In this document: positions 24,377 to 37,560 of the stretch, piece after piece
Position numbering within the stretch: the first letter of the stretch is position 1
How the letters are laid out: every line of letters begins with the position of its first letter
NCBI GenBank assembly: GCA_973895155.1
Contig: OZ316895.1
Location: forward strand, 4,777,181 to 4,841,180
Length of the DNA: 64,000 bases
Direction of reading: 5' to 3'
Origin: Marsupella aquatica
Lineage: Eukaryota; Plantae; Marchantiophyta
Made by a program: the position numbers and the translations under genes
Notes under the pieces: model-generated
Databases searched by the model: none
What the model saw: the letters and a program-made list of their open reading frames with translations, nothing else
What the model was told of the DNA's origin: nothing

Positions 24377-27300
24377 TTAAGATGAATGTCGTTGGACGAA
24401 ATCTACCACCATGGGGTTCACCAATTGAGGTGCTTCGTCCTGCATGGAAAGAAATAAGGTATTAGGATTTTTATCAGTTAAGAGCCGAACTCTGAAACAG
24501 AGGTAAAGGTGAAAACAAAGCCAGCTGCTTGGATGCTGTCTTCACAGCAATAAACCACTTATGACATGAGTCTCATGAACGAAAGAAAACGATGAAAGCT
24601 GATATTGGATGCTGTCTTCACAACAATCAAGCCTGTCAAATATCCAGTTTAGGACAGGAGTATCACAAACCTGAGGGCAATGGCCAACATTAGGGAGAAC
24701 AACGAAGTCCTCAACAGTGCTGAAATTACCATACGCCCGACCAAGATCCACTTTCTCCCAAGGATCTTTGTCTCCCCATCCGATCAGCACAGGACACTGC
24801 AAACAGAAGAGAGCCTTCAGTTAAGCAAAGCACGTCAAGCATCCGCAGCAGACGACTCGTGTGTTACATTTGTGACATCCTCTTTTGATGTCCAAAACGG
24901 ACACAACGAGGCAGAAGGAAGTGTCAGGAAGTAACCCTCCATGAAACCTCTCACGTTCCATTATGTCATAGCTCGGTGATTCACAAAGCAAGGGGACACC
25001 CCTCTGCAGAAATAAACAATGGTAAAGGAAATCTTTCTTAGGAATACTTCATACCTTAATTTGAGGTAATAGATCTTCGGGGAGAGGACCGCCTGAATAG
25101 CAGATGAAGTCTAGAAAAACATCTACAGCGCCAGGAAGTAGACCTGGCCTGAGGATCTTCTCGACAAGTTCATCCGTCACTGTACTGCTATCATAATAAC
25201 ACTGAGGAGAATGAGGGTCAGATATCTACAGTATTTAGTCTGCTTAGCACAATCTACAAATGATCCCTGTGCTTCGATTCCCTTCGATTCCAGCAAATCT
25301 AACTGGAGAACTTTCCGAGAAGAACTCTACTTTAAAAGAGAGAATCATGGTATTCCCGTTTCGAAGTTTGTAGGAACCTTGGATTCTTGACTCACAACGA
25401 GGGTGCCTAGAGTGCCTTGCCGAAAATGTTTCTCAATAGAAATATGGATGGAGGGGTCATGTTATTTCTAGCTTATGCTTTTGGACTGTTTCTTAATTTG
25501 AGTGACTGAATTCAAACTTGCAACCATTGCGTCAAGCGTGAAGGCCTAAAGTACAAGATATGCATCAACACTAGCATGCTGCGGATAAATTGGTCAAAAG
25601 CACACGGAGAAGCACCTCGCATAAGATTCTCTTGACGGATGCAGATGTAGCAACCGACTTAAAAAAGCGTTGGCCGAGATTTGTATTCCTGAATATCCAA
25701 GCCAAAAGTTGGATAGGCCTCAGTAGGATGGCTAACATCATCTTATCACATGCCCTCAAAATGTGATTGTTCTTTGCCTCACTAGAGCAATTACAGCTAA
25801 CTATTAGTAGCTTTTACCATACATGTTACAATTCCAGTATTCCATCCGCAAAGGCTGATCCATGCTGGCAAATTTAAATATATTTCCATTTGGAGAAACT
25901 TGTAATTAATTCACACTCTCAGGAGCAATCCCAACGGCATCGAAGAACATACTACGCGCAGGGAATTTCTAATTAGCAAAATCACAGCTCTGTTGGGTGG
26001 GGTGGAACGTCACTTACCTCAGAACATCCTGCAAAGTCTTTACGAAAGGCCGCGCAAACCAGCTCTGTTTACTGATATGAAGCAAGCGCAGGGAGATATT
26101 CAACAGCAGGACGCCTCTGACAGCCTGTGGTTGCAAAATGGCGGATTGCAGACCCACGAGTCCTGATAAATCAAGATCGGTGTTACTAGAGAGCTCTCTA
26201 GAAGAGAAGGAGGCATCAGCTCCAGAGTAGAATGAGACCAGAATGCAACAAATCTGTTGGCTACAAATGTGTCACTGCAAGGCTTCAGACAAATTCAGTC
26301 ACCAGAAGTTGCATGTGCGCAAATACCTCCAACAGAATTGCAGATGAGAAAAGCAGAGTCTTTTACGACTTCATCACAAAAGTCCAGCACTTGAGCAGCC
26401 CACGTCTCAAAGGTGTAAAGAGTGTTCGGAGCTTGTTGACGAGGATCTGGCTTGTCTGAGTAACCATAGCCTAGTAGATCGATCGCATACACTCGATGTG
26501 ATTTCGCTAGCTCAGGTATATTTTTTCGCCAATGGTCACTGAAAGAAAGGAAGTAATCGAGAGAAACCACCGTGCATCATTAAAATAACAGTTTTTGTCA
26601 AACATGAATCAGCAACATATTCATTGATGATTTGCAAGTACTGCGCATCTTTATTCTACTGGATACGATATTTACCCATCTTCTAACTCTTGGCATTTTG
26701 ACAATTGACAATTGCGAAAATCTCTTCCTACATTCACGGGTCTTGGCAATAGTTTGCATTTTAGAGGTAGGGGAATCCAGTCCTCTGACGGTTCTTGACG
26801 ATTGTTCGTATATAAGGTAAGTAAGACCCAGTACCAGTTGGCGCCAAATCCATGAATCAACACCAACGATGGCCCGTCGCTTCCGGCAGATTGATACCTG
26901 ATGTTGTAATCCCGCCATTTCCATGTCCTGCATCAATCCTGCTCAGTTAGTGACTAATAACTAAAAAAATAGCTCCAACACTGCATAGTCGACCAGGGAA
27001 AATTCTTCTCAGCAGGAGTATTGACAAATGGTGTGCAGCAAATTCACATGTTGACCATATCATAATCTCGCCATGTCTCCTTTGGACAGACAGGACTAGA
27101 GCAGAGCAAAGTTCCACATTTCGAGTATCTATCTGTTCAATTTCGAACTCACAATGAGAAATTCGCGTTGAGTATTGAGTATTGAGAATTGAGAATTGAG
27201 AATTCCACTTTGGAAGTTAAAACAAAACAAAACAAAAACGAAAACAGGCTGGCCACTATTGAAAGAGTTTGGTCGCTACACGAATAATTACACCCAACGG

Positions 27301-28069
27301 ATGACTCCTACTTAAGAAGTGCATGAACAACAAAAGCACGTCAAAAAACGATTTTTACTCGAATTCGTTCGCTCTTTAGAACACAAACGAGACCCAGCAG
27401 GACAACAAATCAATCAATAAACTGCCGTAGTGTACTGTTGCCCAACCACAAACCATTTCCATCCATACGTGACATAAAAATTACACAGGTCATGTATCAA
27501 TATGATAAGTTGATTCACTTTCACATCAAGGAGTACAACATGAAATTTCGCCTCACATATTTACTGCCACTACCACGCAAAGGAAAGGAAAGTAAGGGAC
27601 AGGAAATGCCAGCAGCAATGTCATTCACTCTGTCCATGTTTCCGTTCCCAAAGGAAGAGTTACTAGGAGAGAAGGAAAGAAGGAAATTCGGTTAATACCT
27701 TGTTTCGACTTCCTGTTGAGAGCTACTACTACTGCTGCTGCTGCTGCTGCTGGAAGCGCCAGCTACATCGACTTCTTTCTCAACGCTCGAAGATGACTGG
27801 CTTAACACCAGCAGTTGGGAAGAATCACCACTGGACCGCCTCCTCCTACTCGTTTTTCGTCCATGAATTATTCTCCTTCTGCGCTCACCCTTCTCCGAAA
27901 CCTTCAAATCGAGCAGGGCAGGACAGAAGTGCAGGCTGCTGCTTTTTCTGCCGGTGGGAAGTGAGCAGATCGCATGGTTATTCCTCATCATCGCCAAACC
28001 ACGGCCATCGCTTCGGTTCTCAACAATTGGCGAGGACGAGAACGAGCTCCTCAGCCTCAGTGCATCCAT
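24377..28069 (-). CDS. Alpha/beta hydrolase, pheophytinase-like, with probable plastid transit peptide (8 exons)
   Basis: Motifs VLIHGFGANCDHWRKNIPELAKSHRVYAIDLLGYGYSDKP, nucleophile elbow CNSVGG, WGDKDPWE (Asp) and GHCPQDEAP (His). Exons on the minus strand: 28069-27699, 26927-26835, 26538-26327, 26162-26018, 25688-25616, 25201-25055, 24796-24671, 24439-24377, all GT-AG and phase consistent. Ser/Arg-rich N-terminus. Confidence 0.93.
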
Positions 28070-29701
28070 GACAATGAACTAACTACGCACAGAAGCGATG
28101 TCAATTTCGACGCGCGATCAACGAAGTAATGGGGAATTGGGCGTTGTGAAATAGATTGAGAGCTCTCACAGAGTTGGAATTGAGTGGTCTGCATTGTGCC
28201 CTCAAATTCTTTTTCGTACTCTGTTTCCCGGGATTCCAACTTGCAGTCATTGCACTAAGATCTAACGGCTGTGAAGTGGGAATCGTATGCTCCGGGACAT
28301 GTGGGCCGCACATCGTTTCCGGCACGGTGACTGGGATCCGAGGCACCGTCGTATTGGGACGTAACGTGGATGCTCTCTGTCGCCAATGCACATCCTTATC
28401 GGCAGATTGTGCGACTGCGGGAGAGCAGAGCACCCGATTCATGTTGTGGTATGCCTCGTAATATGTCATGCTTGTTGGGTTTCAATAACACGCTGGAAAA
28501 TGGAAAGCGGATTGACGACAAGATGCTCTCAAGGAAATGGCGGAGCACTTGAGTTTTCCGAACTCCTGTTTTGAAGAATGGCCATACTGTCTCGACGAGG
28601 GGCAGTGCTTGGAAACAGAGTACTTTCGCGCGCTTCGAGATATGTGAATTTCTCTTGGTCATCGTCAAAAAGTCTTTCAATTAATCGAATTGACTTCTTT
28701 CCAATCAATCTAATTGACGTCCAAGTCTGTGGAGGATTGATTGGGCCCTGGCGACTTGTGCCAACTTGGAACCTTCCGTTCCCTCCAATACCACTCGCGA
28801 AACAGTAAGAAATTTGCTTCCCTTTGAGCGAAATTGTTACAAGGGCTTCAGGGGTACATTAATTGACTGTCGGTAGAAAGAAAACGACGGTTCCAAGTTC
28901 ATTTTCAACTTCTAAATTGAGGGCTTTACGAAGTATGTATCCTTAACCTCCAGTGCTGAACGGAAACTTTCGCTATCTACAAAGTCACTACAGTAGAGTT
29001 GGGTTACAAATCAGTCTCTTGTGTGGTTCCATTAGAGCTGGCAAGATAGCGAAAGTCTTATAAAAAAATAGGTCCCAGATTCACACGTAGGAGCGCTGTC
29101 GCTGGATGTCATGCATTCAATGAGGAATGACAATCATTCAATTTAAAGAGGGTGCCAGATAGATAGACAGTATACAAGAGTTGCAAACCATCATCATTTG
29201 AACCATTGTGATCGTCTTAGGTCAGTGATTTTCCCAGGGCTAGACTGACAGTCAACACCTCGTACTTTTATGGAGTCAAATCGTAGAATGACGACGTCTC
29301 TAAAGTCACTCACTCAGAGCATAAGATATGATGCCCGGTAAACGAGAATAATCGAAAGAGCACATGAAAGAGCACGAAGCACAACAGTTGGCCTACGTAG
29401 GTAAAGGACAAATATGAATTAAAAATCTTGAACTGTTCCGAATCTTGAGAAATATCCAAAGTCTCGCACAGAGCTGATCCAAAATTTCCTTTTCTCTACT
29501 TTAACGCAATTTGCGTCGTGTCAAAAGTGCCTTTGCAAGGCTCAAAGTGTGCACATATATCCCCTTTCTACACTAGTATTCAGTAGACAATCTCCTTTTC
29601 GGTAAGACTGACTAAGAGTTTAGAACAAGATGGGACTCAATCCGTGACGGCTTCGTCAGGCCTGATGGAAAATGGGGTGGAAGGAGAACCCATGAATCAG
29701 C

Positions 29702-31009
29702 TCAAAACTCAATAGGATTCATGAAATAACGCAAGGAGAAGAGCCAATCAGTTCCACGGTCGAAAACAGAAGGTTGAGTTTTCTGCCACACAATCTCTTT
29801 GTTTCCGCTGCCGAAACCTTTGCTCTGAACAAGGCACGCTCCACCCTCTGCTTTGTCTTCATCGTGCCAGTGTAAAATTGCTAGCAGCTCCTCACCAACT
29901 GCCATTACAGCAGATGGCCAAACTGCAACTCGAGCCTTCGGCCCAAACTCAGGAAACGACCAGGAATGCAACTGTCTCCATGACTCTTCCTTCTTTTCAA
30001 AGCCAAGAATGGCAAATGGAGTCACCCGAAAGATTTTCCCCTGTGCCACGAGAATTCGGTCCAAACAGGGGTCAAAACTGTTGAACGTAGAAGGAGTTAG
30101 TACCGCACGCCAATCGTCCTTTTCGGAATTATAATCCTCGAAGAAATCCGCTGCCACTGCAAGGTTCTGACCTTCATCGCTGCTTTCTTCTGGGTACATT
30201 ACCCACTTGTCTACCCACTTCGGATCAAAAAACTTGCCACCATACACAAAAAATCCCTTTCGCACTCGTAAGCTCGTAACGTGATGATCGTATCGGTAAG
30301 TTTCCATGGGCTCGATCGATGACCAAGTGTCTACCTTAGGGTTATAAACCTCTGAACCGAAAACAGGTTTTCCAAGAAAAATACCTCCAAATACATATAT
30401 CTTCCCATCTAGGACACCGCACCCGAACTTCTGTCTTTGTTCAAGCATGCTCGCACACCGTTTCCACCCCCTCTGCCCAGCCAGATCAAGCACATATACC
30501 TTATTACTGCCACTATTGTCATAAAGAGGATCATCAACGCCTCCCAACACATAGATTCTACCTTCCAACCAGACACACTGGCAAGACCGTGGGCATCGTC
30601 CTGGATACCCTTTTGCAAGTCCTGGGATTGCAGGAAGCTTGTACGATATTTTCTCTCGCATGGAATACAGAGAAATCACATGATCATCTCTAGTTTGAAT
30701 GTGATTCAGTACAATAAGAACCTCCGCAGATCGAGAGCGAATTCTGGCATCATAGACCTGGTGACTCCGAATTGCTTGTCGCCATCCACGACTTAGCAAA
30801 GGTAAGATGTGTAAAGCATGCCACGGTAGCTTTGTTGTTATCTGGTTCAATGTGATCCCATTTGGGATCCCTGTAAGAAGTTCTCCCTCAAAAGTGTCAT
30901 GATAATGATAGATCTTCGAGTACTTATTCCTTGATACCGTCGACCTGGCATAACTAGCGGTGAGTTCAACACATGGCGGCATCAGTTCAACAGGCTGTTT
31001 GCTCTCCAT
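29702..31009 (-). CDS. F-box/kelch-repeat protein (intronless)
   Basis: 435-aa ORF with an F-box-like segment LLTGIPNGITLNQITTKLPW...LSRGWRQAIRS, then kelch repeats (GRIYVLGG...W...SMLEQRQKFGCGVLDGKIYVFGG...EVYNPKVDTW...M...R). Confidence 0.88.
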   Translation of the reverse strand: MESKQPVELMPPCVELTASYARSTVSRNKYSKIYHYHDTFEGELLTGIPNGITLNQITTKLPWHALHILPLLSRGWRQAIRSHQVYDARIRSRSAEVLIVLNHIQTRDDHVISLYSMREKISYKLPAIPGLAKGYPGRCPRSCQCVWLEGRIYVLGGVDDPLYDNSGSNKVYVLDLAGQRGWKRCASMLEQRQKFGCGVLDGKIYVFGGIFLGKPVFGSEVYNPKVDTWSSIEPMETYRYDHHVTSLRVRKGFFVYGGKFFDPKWVDKWVMYPEESSDEGQNLAVAADFFEDYNSEKDDWRAVLTPSTFNSFDPCLDRILVAQGKIFRVTPFAILGFEKKEESWRQLHSWSFPEFGPKARVAVWPSAVMAVGEELLAILHWHDEDKAEGGACLVQSKGFGSGNKEIVWQKTQPSVFDRGTDWLFSLRYFMNPIEF

Positions 31010-32085
31010 TCGAGTTCCAGATACAATCGAACGTGCTTAAAGTACGATAGCACTCCTGTACAGCACGAGCCAGATCAACGAATGAAATTCTCATCAATAC
31101 GGAGCCTTCCGCAAATTGGCGGCAAAGGTGAAGATATTGATTCCAAAGCGAAGAAATCATCAGCCTGGGCAAACTATGGGAATACGTGAGAGAACGAATG
31201 AATAAAAATGGTTTGGAAGAGCGAGCCACTACAGTTTCCACTACTTGCTGAAAATCAGCTTTCTCTGTAGCTTTCAAACTTCTACCATCGCTTCCCGCCT
31301 CGGCACTCGTCTCAAGTTAACACCTTCGTGAATCTCTCGTCTCGGAAAAGAGTGATCGCTCAGGTGAAAACGCTCCCGGACGGAATGGAGGATTGCTTAA
31401 AACCCCGGAAACAAGTTTTATCGCCACGATACTATGAACTGTATTGTGGATCAACCTCTCTCAATCTGCAGCTCAGTCATCAAAACAGTTGAGGATGCAG
31501 ATTGCTCGGGCATGGGTCCATGAGTCCTCAAAGACGTTAGCCCATTAATCTCCAGGATTCTTGGGCAAGATCTGAGCTGTTTGTTACTTCACGACAACTT
31601 TCAAGTTTGTAATCTCGAGTGCATGAGCTTTTCGTGTCCTCAACTCTTTTGAGGGCCGATGGAATCCAGTTTTTAACTAATACAGAGCACAAGAAATCTA
31701 CGGTTTCGCGTTCCACAGTAGGCTGAAGCCGTGACTTTGGGAGCGAAGAGCTTTGGGGGTGGAACCCTTTGAGCAAAGTGAGTGAGGACGGACCTGTTGA
31801 CATCATCTACCCATATGGCTGAAGGACGGGCATTCAAACCCCTAGTACTCTAACGTTCTAACATTCTAACGTTCTTCTCCCGCGTCGACAAGTCTGGACA
31901 ACACTCAAGGCAGATCATCACGCAGTGCAGTAGCACCAGTACCTCACGACAGGAAGGAGCGACTGCAGAAATCTGTGTTGGTTCATTTTGTTGTGATTGG
32001 TTGATTTGGTCACAGTCTGGCAACCACGAGCAAGTTTGTAGTCAGTCGATCAGTCGTTTGACATTCAGTTCCTCAATCCTTCAGA

Positions 32086-32726
32086 ATGTCCAGAGCTCCG
32101 TCTGCAAAGCGTCAGCGAACGAACGCAATTGGGAAAGCTGCTGGTCCGGCTGACTTTTATCGTTTGTTTGATTCCGTGTCGCACATATTGAATGTCAAGT
32201 ACAAGCGCTTGAGCTGCTCAAAACAGTTCGAGAAGGGGTTCGATGCAGCGACGGAGGTCGAGGAGTGCATCAGGGCCTTAGGGAAAGCGACACCAGCCCA
32301 CTCCAGCTTCGGGACGAAGAAACAAGCTTTGTGCACGCTGCTGGACATGGGGACCTGTGTCACCCAGAGCCACGGGGAACTCGGACGTGAAGTCAGAAAG
32401 GTTTTCGAGTACGAATCATGTCTTGAGAACACAAACAAATCGTCAGGAGTATGACGGCAGAGGAGCGGAATTCACTTGTGACGGAAGGGTTGGAGGTTGA
32501 CCTTGATAGGTTGGAACGTGCGGCTGGTGGGTATGGTATTTTTGGAAGGATGGAACAAGTTCGGAAGGCATTGCTTAGTAAGAAGCAAAATGTCCGTAAA
32601 GAGAGTAAGGAGGATGATGAGGAAGAAGGTGGTGAGAATGAGAATCAAGACGACGATGAAGAGACCGAAGAGGATGACGAGGACGATGGTGACAGCGATT
32701 ACGAAGTCGAGAATGGAGAGGACTAG
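32086..32726 (+). pseudogene. Frameshifted gene resembling an uncharacterised filamentous-fungal protein family, with acidic tail
   Basis: ORFs 32086-32454 and 32451-32726 join through one frameshift near 32430-32440 (...SCLENT / QIVRSMTAEER...). The joined sequence (SSFGTKKQALCTL..MG..V..S.GELGREVRKVFEYESCLE...MTAEER...L..L...A.GYGIF) resembles, from memory, hypothetical ascomycete proteins. It ends in a D/E-rich tail. Confidence 0.65.
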
Positions 32727-34352
32727 GAGGATGGACCTCGAATGGTCAGTGACTTAGTATTCTCGAGAGAAAGGACGATTGACAGGGAGAGACTCGTCAG
32801 GGAGAGGGAGGAAGTCCAAAATGACTCACTTGCTCCCGTGCTGGCCTGTTCTGTTCTGCTACAGTACTTTTGGTTGGAAAAGGAAATGGGCTTTTACTCC
32901 GTCAGGCATTGATCATTTGTCACCGTCCCTCTGTAGCACCACAACAATTTTTTGAGATTTCGGGTTCCGTTGTATAGCTACATTACTTCGATTCGTCAGT
33001 AAAAGGTCCGGTCGACCATTTTGTACATTGATTACTGTAGTGAAGAGTCTGACTCTCTCGATCGATTAGTCACACGATTTTCAAGAACCTACGAATTTGC
33101 TGAACTGAAACACGAAATACTGTACACGCTATATTCTACATTGCCTCAAAGCATTCACACCCTCGATCACCAGGTGTCATTTCTATGTCAGCACCATCTA
33201 AATTCAGAGATTGATCATCTCAGAGAAGAGTTTTCCGCTGCTGTCATCAAGAGCCTTTTGGTTGTGACGTAAATTGAATTCCTGCCTTAGATCATGCCAT
33301 GCAGAGTATCGCGAACACCTTTCCTCCGAACTCCACAAGTGGAATGTTTGAGGGTTGGGAGTTTCTTTTGCCATGGAAGTTTGAGTAACACTTTGCTTCT
33401 GTCATTTGATGTTGAGCAATAATTCTTGTCCTTTGTTCCATTGCCAGCACCATTGATGATGTCTCTTCTGAACGTTCTCCAATTTTTTTGGTTTCCTTCA
33501 ACTGCTTCCCGATCTGAGTGAATGGCGCATCAGAACCCTCGTAGCCCTCTGGACATAATTGCATCATTCTTTGGTTGCCAACTCCCTCTAGAGCTGTCCA
33601 GGAGCATGTAATTGAGTGGAGATCGATAAAGAAATTGGATCAGAGAGCTGGTTTGTAGTCTCACTCTCACCTGGCACATCTACTATCATTCTCTGAGACG
33701 AGATTGTTAATTTAGTATTGATGACAATGTACTATTTATTGGCGTTAATCATAGCAGGAGTTGTCAATCTAATGCTGAATAATCAATCACTGCTGCGACG
33801 CCAGAATGAACTTTCTGCATGGAATAGATTTCATCGAGCTCCATGTTAAGGTACACATCCGTCTAATATACTTTATTGAGCTAAACCTGTCAAGCATGTT
33901 CCCTTCTAGAGTGTGCTCAAAGTTTTGCGTACAAGCCTTGCTACTGAACTAAGCTTTCTCGGTGAAAAGAGGTTCGACACACATATGGGCGCAGTACTTT
34001 TGGAGTTAAGGCTTCTTTTGCTTAAATGAATGTAGAGCTCTTTCTGTCGCTGAGTTCCGTGACTTGTGTTCTAGCGTAGTCAATACGACGAAACTCTATT
34101 GAAGAATCGAAATACAATTTGAAGCCACCGAACATGACAAAGCTATCGTGAAGTACCTCAGGTAGCTTTAACTATATATGTAACTATGTATACAGCTATG
34201 AAAGGCACGATGATACAGCTATGAAAGGCACGATGAAACACTAGAGTCCTGAGTTGAAGACATTAGATCGATGCGGCTTTGAAAGCCACGACCATGCAAA
34301 AACTGTCATGAAGAAGTCCCAGAAGTAGTCTGATCAAGAGACATTCATCCCT

Positions 34353-35816
34353 TCACACAGAATGACACTGCCAGAGAAACGAAGGAACGCAGCTCATGTA
34401 CTTGCACCATCCGCAAGTCTTCCGAGGGCCCAAGCCATAGCCTTTGAAGAGAGCCAGGATCCCCATCGCATACGAAAACACTAGCAATCCTAGTGCCATG
34501 AATCGGATAGTGTTCTGCGCGCTCGAATGTTTTGACAAATTCGTCGTCGGGACTTGGCCCCCTAATGCACCCTGACCGAATATCCATGTTGCTGATCGAG
34601 GCCGCATCAACAAGATGAGACCCAGCAGCGCTCCAGAACACAGGCCCCCAATGTGTGCGAAGTTGTCGACATGAGGCATCAGCCCGAACGTCAGATTGAG
34701 TGCCAACGTCAGGAGCAATGCCGCAAGCGACTTGCTGCGTTGATAATTGTTTGCTGTTGGGTCGGTCGACCAGTTGACGAGCATCTCCGCTATGGTGGCT
34801 CCCAGCAGCCCCATGAGTGCACCCGATGCGCCCACGGAGATCTGATTCTGCAAAAAAAGAGCCGACAAGAGGCTGCCTCCGAATCCTGCCACCAAGTAGA
34901 TGGCTGCCACTTTGATCCACCCAAACTCTTTCTCGAGGCAGCGTCCAATCGAGAGCAGGCCCAACATGTTTGCGAGCAGATGGAACATCCCGGCGTGCAG
35001 CCAGACCGCCGTCAGCAAGCGCCATCCTTGCCCCGAGCTCGTCACTAGGTGGGAATTGAGGGCCCCGATCGAGAGCAGCGTGTCGTAAGATGGCCCTAGC
35101 AGCGGGTTCTCGTTCAAGGGCTGAAAGGAGAGGCGGCCAAGGAATTTGAGCACGCATCTCTGCGGGTTGAAATATGTGTGTGGGCAGTCATTCTCGTACA
35201 TGGTGATGACAAAGATGATGGACTGGATCATGAGCACGATTGGAATCAGCCATTGTAACTTGTGGCTGAGACGGTAGATCGCCACACACTGCTCAGGAGG
35301 AGTCTGAGGAGGACAAGTAGGGGTCGCAGTGCCATTGAGCCCGATGTTAGTAGGAGCAATTTGAGGTGATCGGATGTTGAAGGGGAGCTTCCTTGGTGGG
35401 GGAGTGTTGCCCTGATTTTTGCTGTTGTTGCTGCCGAAGCCAAGATTTGTCAATGCCATGATTCCGCCCACGCTCGTGTTGTCGGTGTTGGTATTGTAGT
35501 TTGTGTTGTGGTTGTCGTGATGGCAATTGTAAGGCAAGGAGAGACATGGATAGAGAGGGATCCCATCTGCAGTGGCAGCTGCACTAGTGCTAGGAGGGGA
35601 GGTGCGGCGGATGGGACTCAGGGATCCAAACCATGGTGTTTGTGGTTGTGGTGGTTGTGGTGGTGGTGGCTGGTTGCTGCTGGCATTGAGCGAACTGTTC
35701 CTGATGGGATTCGGGATGTGGAAGGAACACCTCCTGTTGCTCTCTGTGTTTCTGTCCGACCGATTCGTTCTGTCTGGAAGAAGTTGTTCCGGCGACTGGC
35801 TGCCATCTTGCCCCAT
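34353..35816 (-). CDS. RBL: Rhomboid-like intramembrane serine protease, RBL1-type (intronless)
   Basis: 487-aa ORF with the plant RBL signature MYENDCP...LGRLSFQPLNENPLLGPS, WRLLTAVWLHAG, catalytic GASG (SVGASGALMG) and DNFAHIGG His motif, and C-terminal C.WC.Y.SCVP..LWQC. Has a low-complexity N-terminal extension of about 185 aa. Confidence 0.95.
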   Translation of the reverse strand: MGQDGSQSPEQLLPDRTNRSDRNTESNRRCSFHIPNPIRNSSLNASSNQPPPPQPPQPQTPWFGSLSPIRRTSPPSTSAAATADGIPLYPCLSLPYNCHHDNHNTNYNTNTDNTSVGGIMALTNLGFGSNNSKNQGNTPPPRKLPFNIRSPQIAPTNIGLNGTATPTCPPQTPPEQCVAIYRLSHKLQWLIPIVLMIQSIIFVITMYENDCPHTYFNPQRCVLKFLGRLSFQPLNENPLLGPSYDTLLSIGALNSHLVTSSGQGWRLLTAVWLHAGMFHLLANMLGLLSIGRCLEKEFGWIKVAAIYLVAGFGGSLLSALFLQNQISVGASGALMGLLGATIAEMLVNWSTDPTANNYQRSKSLAALLLTLALNLTFGLMPHVDNFAHIGGLCSGALLGLILLMRPRSATWIFGQGALGGQVPTTNLSKHSSAQNTIRFMALGLLVFSYAMGILALFKGYGLGPRKTCGWCKYMSCVPSFLWQCHSV

Positions 35817-37228
35817 AATTACATTCGACTGATGCTTCTCTCGATAGCTTGTGTTACTTAGATAGTTGTTGGACTAGCAGGCCATGACCTTCTGGACTTA
35901 ATTTATAGGTAGTCTGAAGATGTTGCAGGAGCGCCGATTCTACATCTCTTGGCTAATTACCCCTTTAATTAGTCATCATTATGCCATGTGGGGAAACTGA
36001 CGTCTATACCTGTCGATTGTCAAACCATATGGTGTTCACTTGAGGTGCCAGAGTCTGCTTGGGCTGAAATTTTGCTGGTTTGGGAATCGCCCCTATGAGC
36101 CTTTGCTGATTTGGTGCTTGTCCTTGGAAAATGTCTTCTCCTGCAAAATTGTGTTCATTGAAACATTGTGTGATTGGAATTTTTCTTTCAAAAGGCTTCC
36201 GATCAAGGGTCAAGTTGCCATTCTCCACTGACATTTGTATACATTTCTTTGAGGAAATGTAAACCGACTCCCAATCGCTAGGATGATCTTGCAATGTTGA
36301 AATTGTCAATCAGAGCTTTATTACTAGATGATATCGCAGGGGAGGAATGTTACCGTCATTTCCTGTCGTTCTCAGGCACTCAATGTGAGTTTGAACCCTT
36401 AAGGTCTGTACATGGATTCGATCATGGAAGGTTTGGTCTCCATTGGTTGCTTATCAAACTTCAATCCCTTTCGTCAAACCATCAATTCAATTCTTCATTT
36501 TTTCCCCTTCTTATACATGACTCTGATCTCCCTTGATCATGTACGTCTTCAATTGGAAGACATCTGAATCGTTTTATCGTGATCAACAACATGACCACAC
36601 TTACAAGGTACCAGTTAGATCGACAGTTACGGGATAGCTGGAGGAATTCTTTGGCATCGGATAGAGCCAATCCAGCAGATCGAATCGATCAGAAATCTTC
36701 TCAAGACTCTTCTTCGTCTCTCTGGATCCTCCTCTCCCTTCTGGTCACCTTCGTCGATCGTGGCGGGGATGGATCCATTGAACAAATTGGTGCTACAAAG
36801 GACGGGACGAGATGAATTATGCAGCCAACCTTTTCCAGCAAACAAATCTTGAATCGATCATGTGGGATTTGTCTGGGAATACAAGCAATGTTGTGGGAAC
36901 AGCAAAACTTGAAGAAAGTTCCGAACCTGAAAATTAACTTTTCTCTTTGCGTAAATCATCACTGCCAATCTGCCAATCTAGTGAAATCTGTTGGTACATC
37001 GAACTCCACCTGTATGAGATTTATATGTAAGGACGGGGTGAAATGAAAGATGATCAGTGTTGTTAAGCCCGGAAAACGAGTAACCATAAATTCTCGCACC
37101 GCACCGAGACAGATCGACTCATGAAACTTTGGTCAAGGCAGTGGGATAGTGCTGTGAACTCGAAGTTGTTTAATTCTGGTTATGTCATTCGGCTCCAACA
37201 GAACTGCCGGTGACTCGGAGCGAAGCAC

Positions 37229-37560
37229 ATCCCAATCCGAGAGTGATTCTGGCAGTTTCAACCCCTATTCAAATCCCAATCCCGAAGTCATTCTAGCAGT
37301 TTCAGCCCCTATTGGAATCCAGAGTACTTCAACTAATTTCAGCCCCAATTGGGAATCCAGAGTAGTTCAACTGACATCTCCATCCCAAAGCCATTCCGGC
37401 AATTTCAGCCCCTATTCAAATCCAGAGTAGTTCCATTGCAATCCCAAATTCCACTGACATCCCAATCCCAAAGCCATTCTGGCAGTTCTCAACCCCTATT
37501 CGAATCCACAGTAGTTCAATTGCAATCCCAAAGCCATTCTGGTAGTTTGAGCTCCAATTT
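37229..37560. repeat. Degenerate minisatellite (ATCCCAATCCCAAAGCCATTCTGGCAGTTTCAGCCCCTATT...)
   Basis: Five to six imperfect copies; they explain the low-complexity ORFs 37182-37430 and 37349-37582. Confidence 0.8.

Noticed and set aside
33292-33567. 91-aa ORF with an EGF-like CPEGYEG string
   Set aside because: The other EGF cysteines are missing and there is no supporting exon structure.
34345-35157. 270-aa same-strand alternative-frame ORF overlapping the rhomboid gene
   Set aside because: No recognisable motifs; explained by the GC-rich codon usage of the rhomboid CDS.
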